Assembly: GCA_000934665.2 (NCBI GenBank)
Contig: KZ538829.1
Coordinates: 1 to 45,605 of the forward strand
Reading direction: 5' to 3'
Length of the DNA: 45,605 bases
Source: Catajapyx aquilonaris
Taxonomy: Eukaryota
The notes beneath the pieces are model-generated. The model was not told the DNA's origin and searched no databases. It worked only from the letters and a program-made list of their open reading frames with translations. Shown here piece by piece: positions 1 to 11,890 of this stretch. Numbering within the stretch: the first letter of the stretch is position 1; each line of letters opens with the position of its first letter. Both the position numbers and the translations under genes were made by a program.

Positions 1-1244
1 CCACGGTTGGTCACGGGGGGGAGGGGAGGGGGGTGGGGGTCGGGGAAAATTCACGGAGTATCTCTGAACACCGTGAATTGGCACATAAGGGAGCTTTTGC
101 AGATGCACATGGGTTCAAAATAACCTAATATTCGAAATCAGCGACCCCGAAAACATGAGGAGACATGTTTTTTTCGTGATTAAACAGTTTAGGTGAGGAG
201 CTATCAATTTCGATTGCGTTTTTTCTGATAACATTGACATTTTTAAAAAACCACGACCCCTTATAAGTCACTTTCCTTTTTCGTGAAACTACACCAAGCA
301 GCTTCAATTTCCTTGCATGACACCCGTGACAGTTGGTATTGCCTTCCAGTTGCAGTAGTAGGCATTCCTACCACACATAGCACATGTTGCACTGGAACCC
401 AGCACTTATCATCAGGATTTGGCCAATAGTAGGATCTTGCTGGGCCATGTGGATGCATAAATTTCACATATACGTCACCATCAAAGTCATGTTTTCCCAT
501 TTCATCCACAACCCCAAGATACCAAATGGTGATTGTAAACACATGCAACAAAAGAGTTCACTTGCAATTGTAAGATGTTTGGTTCGTGCCTGCTCATTTT
601 GAAGTGAAATGTTAATGAAATGTTTAGTAATTGTGTCCTCTTTAGGCCAATGAAAGAGACTAAAATTATCATGTCCAGATACTGGAGTAATATATAGCTA
701 TCTGAAGGCGTGTGTCAATAGAACAGTCTTGTTGATTGACACTTTGTGTTAATGTACCATTATCAAGGTGAAAACCCAAAATACGCAGACAAATTTTTAC
801 ACCTCCTGAAAGTAGACTTCAAGACCTTCCTTTTGGTGCAATTTCATTAAAATTTGAGGATACACATTTTGGGAATGAGCTGTGAAAGTTTCAAGGTCAT
901 GCCAACAAATGTTATTGATTAATGTGTGAAGATATGATCTCAGCACACATCTGACAGCATTTTTGGAATCGGAAGGTTTCTGTGCATAAGTACAAATATT
1001 TTCAACTTTCTACACCAATTAGTTAACACACAATAAAACATTTTGAAAAACAAGTCGTGCCTTCACAACTCTGCCGTAGCCATTTTCACCCTCATTTCCC
1101 TGGCCCCAGCTCAAGAACTATAAGAGCTAGGAGGCTAAAATTTTCAGGATATTAGTTTCTCAGTACACAGTTTGTCCAGTTAAAATTTCAAGAAAATCTG
1201 AGATGGTGGGTGACATGGCTGGATGTACTGACATGGAATGACCC
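1..1244 (-). mobile_element. Internally deleted DNA transposon remnant carrying a transposase-like C-terminal fragment (superfamily uncertain, possibly Sola-like)
   Basis: Minus ORF 261-551 (WYLG...VKFMHPHGP..SYYWP..DKCWVP...LC.....TGRQYQL) resembles C-termini I associate with invertebrate DNA transposases. The terminus GGGTCATTCCATGTCA starts at 1244 on minus, and similar termini occur at ~10340 and 44331. Confidence 0.5.
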
Positions 1245-1427
1245 TAAAGTAATATCATATTTGAGGGGCATCAAAGTCTATATTCTTATGTAATCAACAA
1301 GCCTCAACTCATTTGTCGGATCGGTGGACAAGCATGTGCACTTACTTTCTTCAGTAATTTGGACATGACATACTTCACCTCATCATTTTTTACTTGGAAA
1401 TCGCTTGCCACCTAGGTGTTTCTTCAG

Positions 1428-1474
1428 GTCATGGAAAACGTGATACTCAGAGGATGGTAGAACAGAACTGTAAG
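1428..1474 (+). CDS. Internal exon of unidentified gene (xHGKRDTQRMVEQNCK); alternative acceptor at 1416
   Basis: ttcttcag acceptor and AAG|gtgggt donor; ends in phase 0 and joins in frame to 1830. Confidence 0.5.
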
Positions 1475-1829
1475 GTGGGTGCTCAAAAATGTCATATCCT
1501 AATATTGTTGAATGTGTGTAATGTTAGTTTTTGGAGGTGTGAGGACTTGTGCTGTCATGCAAGAAGATTGCTTAATAGTAAAGGTCCTGTTACTTGTAAC
1601 GGCATGTTTACTTGCCTTCTACACTTGTTAGCTAAGTGCAGTGTGCCAAATACTTTCACACAGGGTGGAGGATGCCCTCTGTCCCCCCTCTCACTGTTTT
1701 TCCCTCTTCACTTCTCTCTCCAAGCAATGTGTGTGTATACTGTATATTGATGTTTTAACACATCAAGGAACTTGAACGCACTTGCCAATTATGCTGGAGT
1801 TCTTAACAACCCTGTATATTTCTTTACAG

Positions 1830-1895
1830 ATGCAAGCTGGTACTGGGAAGATTAAACTGTGCGGAGGCCATGTTTCACTCGACTATAGTAAAACA
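1830..1895 (+). CDS. Penultimate exon of unidentified gene (MQAGTGKIKLCGGHVSLDYSKT)
   Basis: tttctttacag acceptor, ACA|gtaagc donor; 66 nt, open, phase 0-0. Confidence 0.6.
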
Positions 1896-2157
1896 GTAAG
1901 CAAAATAATCACATTACTATCCATTACTAGCATTTAAGTAAAGTGTGTGGGTTGCTTCATAAAGTTATCAGTTATACAGGTTGTTTTGTAAGGATTCAAA
2001 GCGACTTCTTGTTAAGAGTTCCTATACAACAATGAGTCATTTTATATAGAGCAGTTATTTGGTCTCCACAGTCTTGTTACAAAGATATGTGGCTTCTTAC
2101 CTGCAGTATAATATATTCTCTAAGGGAGATAACTCCGCAAGCACCAAGCTCATGTAA

Positions 2158-2305
2158 AGTGTGTTCCAAGTATCCGGGCCATTTTAGTTATCACAAATTT
2201 CATCTGAAGTTGTTATTTTTGTGTAAATGTAAAAAGATATACACAAAATAACAACTTAGGTGAAATTTGCAATCATTAAAAGGGCCTGAATACTTGGAGC
2301 ACACT
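2158..2305. mobile_element. Palindromic MITE
   Basis: Imperfect ~65-bp inverted arms (agtgtgttccaagtatccgggcc... / ...ggcctgaatacttggagcacact). Confidence 0.7.
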
Positions 2306-2585
2306 AAAACACTTTGTACAAAGTTGCAGCTAAGGTCCTGTTTAAAACAAGTCCACTATTTGCCAGCTTCCCCACCTTCCAGGATGTGTTATGCTACATG
2401 ATAAATAGCAAATTATGTCAGTAGCAAACTGGTGAGACCAAATGATACCCTAGTGCTCAGGAACTGACCCCAAAAGTTAATAGGAATTATGTGCATTCTG
2501 TATTTGCCAATAATCTTATTTAGAATTAAATGCCAGTCATCAGTTTACCCTTTCAGCAAATGCTAATATATGGGTGTTTTTTCAG

Positions 2586-2624
2586 GTCGTCATTGATGGG
2601 CGTGAAGTGACCATCCACTGCTGA
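2586..2624 (+). CDS. Terminal coding exon of unidentified gene (VVIDGREVTIHC*)
   Basis: gttttttcag acceptor, phase 0 matching the previous exon, TGA at 2622-2624. Confidence 0.55.
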   Translation, partial: VVIDGREVTIHC

Positions 2625-2693
2625 TCTGTTCCGTAGTCTCTACTGATTTTTCAATGACTGATGGTGAGCTTTAAGAGTAATAATCTGTGCGTA

Positions 2694-2900
2694 CAGTGGA
2701 ATCTCATACCCTAACTTCGAACGCCCCTAACTTCAAACGTTCCAGAGTTCGAATGCTAAATTCTCGAGATTCGATCCAGAGTTCGAACGATGATTCTAAG
2801 GTCAAACTACTAGCACGATGAAAAATGCTCGCTGCGTAAACGCCATCTGTTTTGCGCCCAAGTCATCTCTCACTCTCGCTGTGAGGGCATCTCTTGTGTT
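2694..2900 (+). mobile_element. pogo/Tigger-like non-autonomous element, left end (right boundary approximate)
   Basis: TA-CAGTGGAATCTC terminus followed by repeated (A/G)TTCGAA motifs. Confidence 0.45.
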
Positions 2901-2970
2901 ACTCTCGTGCATTTTCAGTGCTTTTATCACTTTATTTTGATTGATCATATTGAATATGCACTCTATAATC

Positions 2971-3106
2971 CAGTGGTTCCCAACCTTTTTCAGGTCACAA
3001 CCCCCTCTTATGATAAAGTAAAAATAACCGCTGCCACCTCGCCGACGCCCCAGATAAGGCTTGGCGACCCCGTCGGGGGTCGCGACCCACAGGTTGGGAA
3101 CCACTG
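2971..3106. mobile_element. hAT-type MITE
   Basis: TIRs cagtggttcccaacct / aggttgggaaccactg with GCGACCC subterminal motifs; same family as 9541 and 26352. TSD not evident. Confidence 0.8.
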
Positions 3107-3287
3107 AGCTACAGGGTATTGATGTCATGAGTAACTGGTCCACCCAGAGCCCCTTCCCTTTTCCTCACATATTAACGAGGTAAACAGCATTTTTATAGCA
3201 AAATGTGTCACTTATCAGTTTAATACTAGAGACCCATGTATACACATGCTGCACAATATAGAAAAGTTTTTATATATGGCCCTTTAA

Positions 3288-3916
3288 CCTCGTCTGTACC
3301 AGATCTAGGTAATGAGATTCGCTTCTGTTCAACTTGCACATACTCTGAAGATACGGACAAGATAATTTACAAATAATAATGGCTGTACTTACACATTCAT
3401 GCTATACACTATGAGTATGTTTGGGACCATTTTCCACTTCTAGAATTCGCAAAATTAACTTCCAAGAAGATCGCTGTAACAACTCGAAATTAAATTACTA
3501 CTGGCCAACTGCCGGCGAATCTGCTGAAATCGTCGTACTTCGTGAGAATTAAATTAATACTTACTGCGGGGTGCCTCGCATTTCGGAAAACTCCTAAATT
3601 GATTTAATTCTTGCAAGTACGACAGTTTCAGCAGAGTCTTCATAGCACAATTCTCAAGGTTGCTATTCCGTATATTTTAACGTATTTCGTAATTAAATCA
3701 GCCTAACAGTTCGCAGGCAGTAATTTAATATCGAGTTTTTGGAAATTAATTTTGCGACTTCTAGAAGTGGAAAATTTTTCTAAGCATATTCATAATGTAG
3801 AGGATGAACGTGTAAGTATAGCTATTATTATTTGTAAAATATCTTGTCCATATCTTCAGAGGACATGCAAGTTGAACAGAAGCGAATCTCATCATCTAGA
3901 TCTGGTACCGAAGGAG
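3288..3916. mobile_element. piggyBac-type fold-back MITE
   Basis: TTAA on both sides (3284-3287, 3917-3920); more than 200 bp of imperfect inverted arms. Confidence 0.8.
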
Positions 3917-5547
3917 TTAATAGATTGCGGGGCACCGTTCGAGTACCGTAAAGATTTTTGACAGCAACACATCATTTCCACTTCGAGCAAATGCCTTGGT
4001 AGAAACTAGCGTGCTTAACAATTTCATCCCCTGATGGAATCTCCACTTTACCATGGTGGTGGGACCTCTCTGATGACCTCAAGAGCTTTATTGGTAGTAC
4101 AGTAGTTTAGTCTACTGGCTGAAAGGTTTTTATGCAGTATAGAGATAGCTTTCCTCTCTTTTTTTCCATCTTCATTTTTATCTCCATTAGTCCAATCTGT
4201 GCATCTTCTAATAGTCATCCTTAGTTACTTTAGCACATTTCCACCCTAGAAAACAAACCTGTCTATTTCAAACCTGGAGCAACCTCAATTAGCATCAAAA
4301 TGGCACAAATATTGTTGCATGTAAATTTTATGAAATATACACGGTGCTCAAAAACTGGCGGAAAGTGGCCACGTAGCCTGATACGACTCGCAAAACTAAT
4401 ATAGGGATATGGGCAGTTACTCCATGAGCATTAGCAACAATGAAACCAGAGGCATAGAAAGGTGTTCATTTGAGGATGTACCAAAATCAATTGGTGGTCA
4501 GGTCTGAAAGACATGTATCTTATTGTGGTCTATGGCCATAATCTTCTAGAGAAACTTTCCAATGGCGTTAATCCCTGATGGGGAATGAACCCCGGGAGTT
4601 AATTTTGTTACTGTAAAATGTGATGATTTTTACTCTCGCTGGCAGAACCCTGTTAACTCTCTTCTGTGAGCACCTCCCACAAGTTTGCGCGAGACGTCGA
4701 AGATTCGGGCCTAAAAGTTTCCAGGGTTTCAATTAATTATTGTTGAAAGTGGTGTGTAGTTATCACAGGAAACCATTTCCATGTAATCCTTGCAAAAAAT
4801 GTATTTTAATTGTGCAATTCTTTGCAGGTAGGACGCCATAGTGAGCATCCCAGGATATATTCAGATCATGTCATTAATGTTGTGCAAGTTGGGGATAATT
4901 TATGACAGTGATATGCAATTAAAGTAATCTGAGGATTATTTATCCAAACGGAGAAAGAATCATGTAAATTTTATTCAGATATGAACTTCATGTTGAAGAT
5001 ATTCATGCTATATGAAAAGCAAGCCGGGGAAACTACTTTTTAATTTGGTACCGTGCACACTTGATTTTTGATTTTTTAAATATTTATGAATAAGTGTTTG
5101 AAATCATGCAGATAACCGGATTTATGAAAAGGTGCACTATGGACCAGAAAAATATTGTTACGCCCTATCCATGTGGTGGCCATGACTTCTAGTTAAGCCT
5201 CCTCCCGGCAATGAGTAAGACTGGGAAGATGCTGTGCAAAGCTTTCCTGCAAATTAGGGCCCATATGTGCTGCTTTTGGGTGATTGGGCAACCATTTTAT
5301 GGAGTACTACGTTTTGGAAGTAAGCGAAGACCATGCAATTGTTGCAATGAATCAGGATAATTGAGTAACTAGTCTTATTCTTTTTTTTTGACACAGACCA
5401 AGTATCTGAGAGTGAAAAAAGTGGCAGGTGGCTGGGCACCCATTTTTTAAGTCAGTTTAAATAATAATCAAAGTGAATATATTCAGAGGGTGTCACATTT
5501 CTCAAACATTAAGGTTATGGTTGCAATCAAACCTACACCAGTACATG

Positions 5548-6245
5548 CGTGGGTTGATTCATAAGTCATGGCGCGTATTTTTTTATTCAAAAACGGTTAC
5601 ACATACAGAGATGACCTGCGCTGAGTTTTGAAGCTCAGGCGATTACAATTTGATCTGGCATATAGATGCCTCCCATATCACTTGGGAGGCAGGGAAACAA
5701 AACTGGAGCTTGCTTTCGAGTGTGGGACAAGTCAGAGCACTATGACCTGAGCCATGTGTCATCAATCACCCCCAAACCGTTTGAAAAAACAATTGCCCTC
5801 AATGCGATCGAGTTCCCAGGGAGGGCAAAATGGTGGCACTTGTGCACCTCAAAGGTATGGTGAGGAACCAGTGAGGATGCCAACTTCCTGAGACCTTTCA
5901 GAGTCCTAAGCATAGTGCTCTGACTTGTCCCACACTCGAAAGCATGCTCCAGTGTTGTCCATCTCCGAGTGTCCAGCATGCAGCGTCCAACAGCTCCAAG
6001 CGGGGTGGGCTCGGGCCTTCATAGGGCGATGGTGCGGGAGGGGGGGGGGGGTGTCATTGTGTGTGTGTGTATGTGTGTGTAATGATCCCCTTTTGTTTCC
6101 CTGCTTCCCTCGTGATATGGGCAACATATATGTTCCAGTACAAATTGTAATCGCTGGAGATTCAAAACTCAGCAAAGGTTATCTCTGTATGTGTTACCGT
6201 TATTGAATTTAAAAATACGTGCCATGACTTATGAATCAATCCACG
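5548..6245. mobile_element. mariner-type MITE with long TIRs and an internal inverted repeat
   Basis: cgtgggttgattcataagtcatggc ... gccatgacttatgaatcaatccacg; internal inverted copy at ~5707-5745 / ~5911-5949. Confidence 0.8.
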
Positions 6246-6271
6246 TTTAATCCGGTAATCGAACCCTGTAA

Positions 6272-7086
6272 AGGATCTCTTTCAGGATGTCCATTTTAAT
6301 AAAAGTTGTTTGTAATAATGCCAGATGAAAAAGTGAAACTCAGTTTTGGTCCCTGCCTGATTCGAATCAGGTTCGTAGAGCGCTGGTCGAAATTCCGTTG
6401 GATTTCTTGCATCGGGTTTACCAATGCCAAAAATGCCAAAAATCTTATAATCGCAAAATTCCCAGCCGTTTTGGAGATGGCCAAAAGTCGACTTTTGCAC
6501 GTGCGACCCTGCCCATCTGCTAGTCATTAAGCCGCTGGAGAACAATAGCCCCTCTGCGGCTCCCCCTCCCCCCACATGCTGACAATCTGGATCCACTCTA
6601 ATCCCACCTCAGTGCCTTTTTTTTACCATGTACGTCAGCTAGGGCGCATTCTCATACTCCACACCTTTAGCGATGACGTCACGGGTTCTGTAAATGGATG
6701 CCACCCCGCTCCGACCAATTTTTGCGTAAAAAGACTTGCTCTGCTCGCATCGGAGAGAAGTGTGGGACGGCCGGGTGCACCTGCACTGGGCCTCGGAGAG
6801 TTACGGAGACCGAGGAGGACCTGCTCCAGACCAGACCAATTGGCGCCGAAGGTGCGCAAGCGGGGCGCAGCCCCAAGGTGGGGTAAATTATCTCATATTC
6901 CTTGCCTCTCCTGTTGTGATTTGTAGGTGGGGAAAAAAATTCCAAATTGAGAATTTGAAATATGAATTGCAAAACTTGAATCGGGAGGACAAACCGGAGT
7001 TTTCCTTTTTCATCTGGCATTGTTACAAACAACTTCCCCTAAATATTTTGGCAGCTGGATGAAAAAATTATCCCGAATGAGATCCT
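6272..7086. mobile_element. Non-autonomous DNA transposon (Kolobok- or Harbinger-like ends)
   Basis: Termini aggatctc / gagatcct plus ~50-bp subterminal inverted repeats (aatgccagatgaaaaag / ctttttcatctggcatt). Confidence 0.65.
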
Positions 7087-7591
7087 TTATTAAACGGAGG
7101 ATGGTATCTCATATGTAAAAACCATTGATTTTTGGCTTAAAATAAGTTATTGTTGGCAAAGAATGAGCATGTGATCATATGTTACAATAAAGCTGTTAAT
7201 TCAATAATTCTGTTTTATTCGTACACAAGTAACCAGTGAATACAATAAGGGCTGATTGTTCAACAGGGCCATTGACATGGCACATAATCTTTGTAATCAG
7301 ATAACATTGTGATTGGATTTTCATTGTTCTTGTTGATTCGGTCACCAATTAATAACAAGGAAAAATTATGGGCATGAGCTTAGTTGCGCTCCCCCCCACG
7401 GGAGAATGTTCTATTTGGCGCTGGCGTCGCTCCACAGAGTGCAACACTCGGGCTTCACGTTCGGGTCACGTTTGGGCGGACTCTGTCCTGAACCAACCCA
7501 AACCGGCAATTCAAATATATTATTATCCAAGGCCGTGCTTCAAACCAATTCAAACCTTCAAATAAGGCGACCAGACTGGCAGACGTCCCGA

Positions 7592-7593
<2 letters not shown>

Positions 7594-7626
<33 letters not shown>

Positions 7627-7686
7627 TCTCTCCCTCTCTCTCCCCCNNNNNNNNNNNNNNNNNNNNNCCCCCCCCCTCCCCCTCCC
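7594..7686. repeat. (CT)n / poly-C simple repeat spanning an assembly gap
   Basis: Visible directly; N run at 7647-7667. Confidence 0.95.
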
Positions 7687-7869
7687 CGGGTCATCGAACC
7701 CAATCGAACGAACCATGGATCGACGGTGCGTGGACCTGTGGATCGAACAGCTGTCTGCCAGCCACCTGAACACGGATTGTAGCGCTCCGAGAACGACACC
7801 AGCGCCAAATCAGCCAAGCCCGTGTGGTGCCCTCACGCAAAGGGGGGAGGGAGTTGCGCGACCTGAGTA

Positions 7870-8108
7870 ATAGGCCATGCTCCAGGGTAAGCATAGGGGA
7901 CAGGGTGATAGGGTGGGGGCATACAAGTTGGAAAAACCCACTGGACCCCGCAGTGGCCTATTTTTACGGAAACGACCCCGGAATTATCCTGGGGGGACCG
8001 TGAGAAACCACAGAAAACTACGGTCAGGGTTGCCGGCCCCGGGAATCGAACCCAGGACCTCCCGATTAGCAGGCGGACTCCATATCCACTACACCAACCT
8101 GCTTCGGT
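7870..8108 (-). mobile_element. tRNA-derived SINE, family A (3' boundary approximate)
   Basis: On minus: A box tggtgtagtgg, CTGCTAA anticodon-loop-like segment, B box gggttcgattcc; body matches 17330-17632. Confidence 0.85.
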
Positions 8109-8113
8109 CCTGA

Positions 8114-8313
8114 AAAAGGATATCCCCGCCAAGCCCTGTGAACTCTTCAGGTCTCTCCTAGAGGCTGTTGTGGCCAACAATGGTGAACACATTGAAAAAT
8201 GTTAACTGTAGTGCATGTTTGACATGATTCATTTCATTATAATCATCTATTCCTCTTTTTAACGACGTTTCTGTCTCCTTGTTAATTAGTCTTAATTCAT
8301 GGTTGCCACCCTG
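8114..8313 (+). mobile_element. Tc1/mariner-superfamily 3' end remnant
   Basis: Encodes ..CELFRSLLEAVVANNGEHIE (typical C-terminal motif) and ends in caccctg-TA. Confidence 0.6.
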
Positions 8314-9365
8314 TATAAATATTGCTATCTGCCTGAGAGCCCTCCCAACACTCCCTCTCCATTACGCTTTGGAGTGGCACTGCAGTAACATACAAACCCA
8401 TAGATGGAAGGATCTCGGGTTTGATCTCATGTCCAGGTATTCACCCTTTTCAGCTTGTGGAGTAGGGTCACCTCCTGTTTCATCTTGGATGGGATTCTCA
8501 GTAGACTAACCACCTGGTGGAACTCACAAAATGAACAAGCAACCTTGCACCTCCCCTCCCAGTCACCCAACCCTGCCTGTGGGACTGGGCTCTTTGTATT
8601 AAAAGGTCCCAAGATCTGTACCATTGAGTGAACAGGTAATGGCATGTTGAGATCATTCAAGTCTGCAAGCATTGCCAAACTGTTCCATTGTGAACTAGGC
8701 AAAGTTAATTCCACTAGTACAGTACAACATGTGTGTTCATGTGGAATATTTGAATAGGTTTCCAGAAGTAGGGAAAAGTGAATATTAACAAAAGTCTGAA
8801 TCATACTAGTCACAAACATTCTTATTGTCTGTGTAGCGTACAAAACTTGCGTCATAGCATAATACACAAAGGTTGGAATATTGTGGTAAGGTTGGGAAAG
8901 GAAGCAAGATATTTTAGGCTTGGAATGATTTTACTTAGCATCATGGTTCTCACGTAGCTGCTGATGGTGGGAAAGGTGGTGCTTGTGTTATTTTTGATCT
9001 TCCTTTGGCAGGCATATTACGATGACACCATTCTGACATGTTCACTGCCATGAAATCAGCTACATCATGGAATGATGTCATGCTTCCAGTCTTCCTCAGT
9101 TCCTAGGGTTATTTACAAGTTTACCAGACATCATGTAATTTAATATTAGTATGTGACAAGTTATTGTTGACCTAGTCCCATGGCAAAGTGTTTTAAAAAT
9201 TAGCCCCAGGTCAGTGTTTTAAGTGAACATTTGTTCACACCAGTATGAGAATCACACAAAATATCTACAAGTCACTGCTTATTCAGTCAATTCAGGTGCG
9301 GAATAATCTTTGTCTAGTTCATTTTCACAGGTAGAATGTGGTTTCATGCTCCCACAAACGAATAA

Positions 9366-9425
9366 AGGCCGGTATCCACGTACGAGAATCTCGCATGCGA
9401 GATTCTCGTACGTGGATACCGGCCT
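9366..9425. mobile_element. Minimal PIF/Harbinger-type MITE forming a perfect palindrome
   Basis: Perfect 62-bp palindrome at 9365-9426; TAA flanks at 9363-9365 and 9426-9428. Confidence 0.7.
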
Positions 9426-9540
9426 TAAGCTTGGCTTGTTGTTGTGATTTTTTTTTCAATTTTGTTTTTGTGCGCTTTGGTCTTGCCATAGTCATTTAAG
9501 GTAAATATTGGTTGTGCCAAAAGGTAGCATTGCTCTAACG

Positions 9541-9797
9541 CAGTGGTTCAACCTTTTTCGGGACACGACCCTCTTTTATGATAGTCAAGTAACCTGTGAC
9601 ACCCCCCCCNCCCCGAGTATTAGTAGAAGATTGATGTAGTGTAGATATACGAGTATTAAAACGTATTTAAAAAGCTTCGTGGTAAAATTGCCTATAAAAT
9701 TTATTGCAAGCAAAAATTACCACGGCCACCGCGCGACCCCCCGGAAAAGGCTTCGCGAACCCCTTGGGGGTCGCGACCCACAGGTTGGGAACCACTG
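9541..9797. mobile_element. hAT-type MITE
   Basis: cagtggtt...aaccactg TIRs; 8-bp TSD ctctaacg / ctctaatg. Confidence 0.85.
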
Positions 9798-10543
9798 CTC
9801 TAATGAATAAGTTGCATAACAAGTTGTTATAGTCTGTAGATTTTCGTCTTTGCCAGCACTTACGCTTCATTCTCATGAGGATATTATTTCTCTATAAAAT
9901 TACTATACCAGCATTGTGATTACTTTGTCTTTGACGATCATGGTAGGAAATCTGCTCATTCTTTTTAGATACATTTATCATGCCCAGAAAACTCAAGATG
10001 TATGCTCAATAGGGTGGAGCGAAAAACATGAAAGTTGTCCAATTAAATAGCACGGGGTGTCAAAAGTTGTGTATGGACTACTATAACATTGGTGAATTTT
10101 TTAAATAATTTTCGTACTTCACCTTCATTCGCTGCAGGAGCCTTCAAGTTTCGCAGTTTTTACGAGAACAGCACATATTACATTATGCAACACGATTTTT
10201 GTCCATGAAAATTCGTCGCTATTTCCATGTTACTTAGGTCACTGGTAACTCATAATCGAGCATTCATTTTGTCTGGGATTTGTTTTTGACCTTGAGGCAG
10301 TTGCAGTCAAAAAATCAAATTCCTCGAAATACTGCATATGGGTCATTCCTAATCAAGTAGGGCGAAATGTTCCTAGACCATCTCGGAATTTGCGGAGAAA
10401 TATCACTGCCGACATGACTATGCCATAACACGTCATGTCAACTTTCAGCCAAATTACGCAATACCGTTGAGAGGGAAATAATTGCGAAATGTAGGAAAAT
10501 GCTGATAATGAGGCCCTTTAAGATAATTTCTTCGGTTAGTAGA

Positions 10544-10592
10544 AGTGGTCAAACCCCAATAAACATAGTATGTTTATTGGGGTTTGACCACT
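10544..10592. repeat. Perfect inverted repeat with 24-bp arms and a 1-nt centre
   Basis: agtggtcaaaccccaataaacata-g-tatgtttattggggtttgaccact; lies ~200 bp after a GGGTCATTCC terminus at ~10340. Confidence 0.9.
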
Positions 10593-10816
10593 ATGATATT
10601 GTGCAGTCAGTCAGCTTAACTCTTCAAACACTATTAATGATGATGGGTGATATGCATAAATGCATTTCTAGTCATTTGATTACACATACGAGTACACTGG
10701 CCTGAGGAGGTTACAAATTGTGTTTTGCCAAGAACAATTAGTCAAGTCAGTAAGTGGTGTAACTGCAAGCAGCCTTGAACCACGGAAGCTGCAATTATAC
10801 ATGTAATTTTACAGTA

Positions 10817-11156
10817 CAAGTAGTCCCCGGTCTACGAACAGGGTTACGTTCCTGAAAATGTCCATAAGTCAGATTTGTACGTAACAGCTGAGGAACAGCA
10901 CATACATACAGCATAAAGATTCTGCTCCAACAAACCATTTACGTCATGTGTGTCTGTTTACAGGCACAAAGAACGCAGTTTCCCAATGATTTAATAATTA
11001 TACAGTATTTATGTTGAACTTGGTGTTCGTCAACGTACGCAGAAGTGATTAAAAATTGAGAAATAATTATAAAATTTCCTTCCGTGGAGGCTTGGAAGCC
11101 CATTCATAAGTATGCATCGCCATAAGTCTGGTTGTTCGTAAACTGGGGACTACCTA
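10817..11156. mobile_element. pogo/Tigger-like MITE
   Basis: TA-caagtagtcccc...ggggactaccta-TA with TTCGTA/TACGAA subterminal motifs. Confidence 0.75.
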
Positions 11157-11369
11157 TACAGAGTTTTCTGTGAATTTGTTAATACATCAGACCTCATGTT
11201 ATTGTGACACGGTTTCCAAGAAAGAGCAAGGTATTTTCACTTGCTGTCTATTCTAGTATGAACAGCATTGAATCCAGCTAGTCTATGACATGAGGTAATC
11301 ACATCAAAATTATTAAAACATTTCAGATAATCTTTTAAACAGAAGATGACAGCTTTTCCAGATGTTGTA

Positions 11370-11530
11370 CAGTGTTGGTCATATATCGAGGCAACAACCA
11401 GCGACATTTTCCGAAGCGGCAGAAGAAGGAATCTTGCTCGCCCGCCTTGTAAGTATGCTTATCTTCGATTCCTTCTTCTGCCGCTTCAGAAAATGTCGCT
11501 GGCGGTTGCCTCGATATATGACCAGCACTG
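11370..11530. mobile_element. Hairpin MITE with TA target duplication
   Basis: TA-CAGTG...CACTG-TA; ~64-bp near-perfect inverted arms. Confidence 0.8.
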
Positions 11531-11729
11531 TACAGACAGAACAGCTGACCTACATTTTGACAAATTGACTGCATTTCAAAAAATGCACCATAAATTTAGT
11601 ATCCTCGCAGCCTCCTCTTAATTGTAAGAGTATTGTTAGGTTGTAATGTGTGACAAATGGCTGGTATTGAGAGTGCAGTGAGCAACCTTTCTGACATGGT
11701 TGGGCATTGATGCCTGATTAGGTTCCCAT

Positions 11730-11890
11730 AGGCACCCTGAAGGGGAGGTAAGGGCAAGATGGGAGAAAGAGGGAGAGAGGTTACTGAAGTATTGTGCAAG
11801 GAGGGTGAGCATTAAGGCCTGCTAACAACCAAAATGTTGGACTTAGAAGAGTCCACAGAATTTTCACTAATATGAATGTAAGCTAAGGTC
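11730..11890 (+). repeat. Dispersed repeat, copy 1
   Basis: ggcaccctgaaggg...gggtgagc...gagtcca...aatatgaatgtaagctaa shared with 13810-14010. Confidence 0.6.

Noticed and set aside
7406..7894. Overlapping ORFs with ER/SL repeats
   Set aside because: Artefacts of the (CT)n microsatellite and the N gap.
8030..8108. tRNA-Ser(GCT) gene (also at 17330 and 42371)
   Set aside because: No proper acceptor stem; continues into a SINE body, with tail and TSD in the 17330 and 42371 copies.
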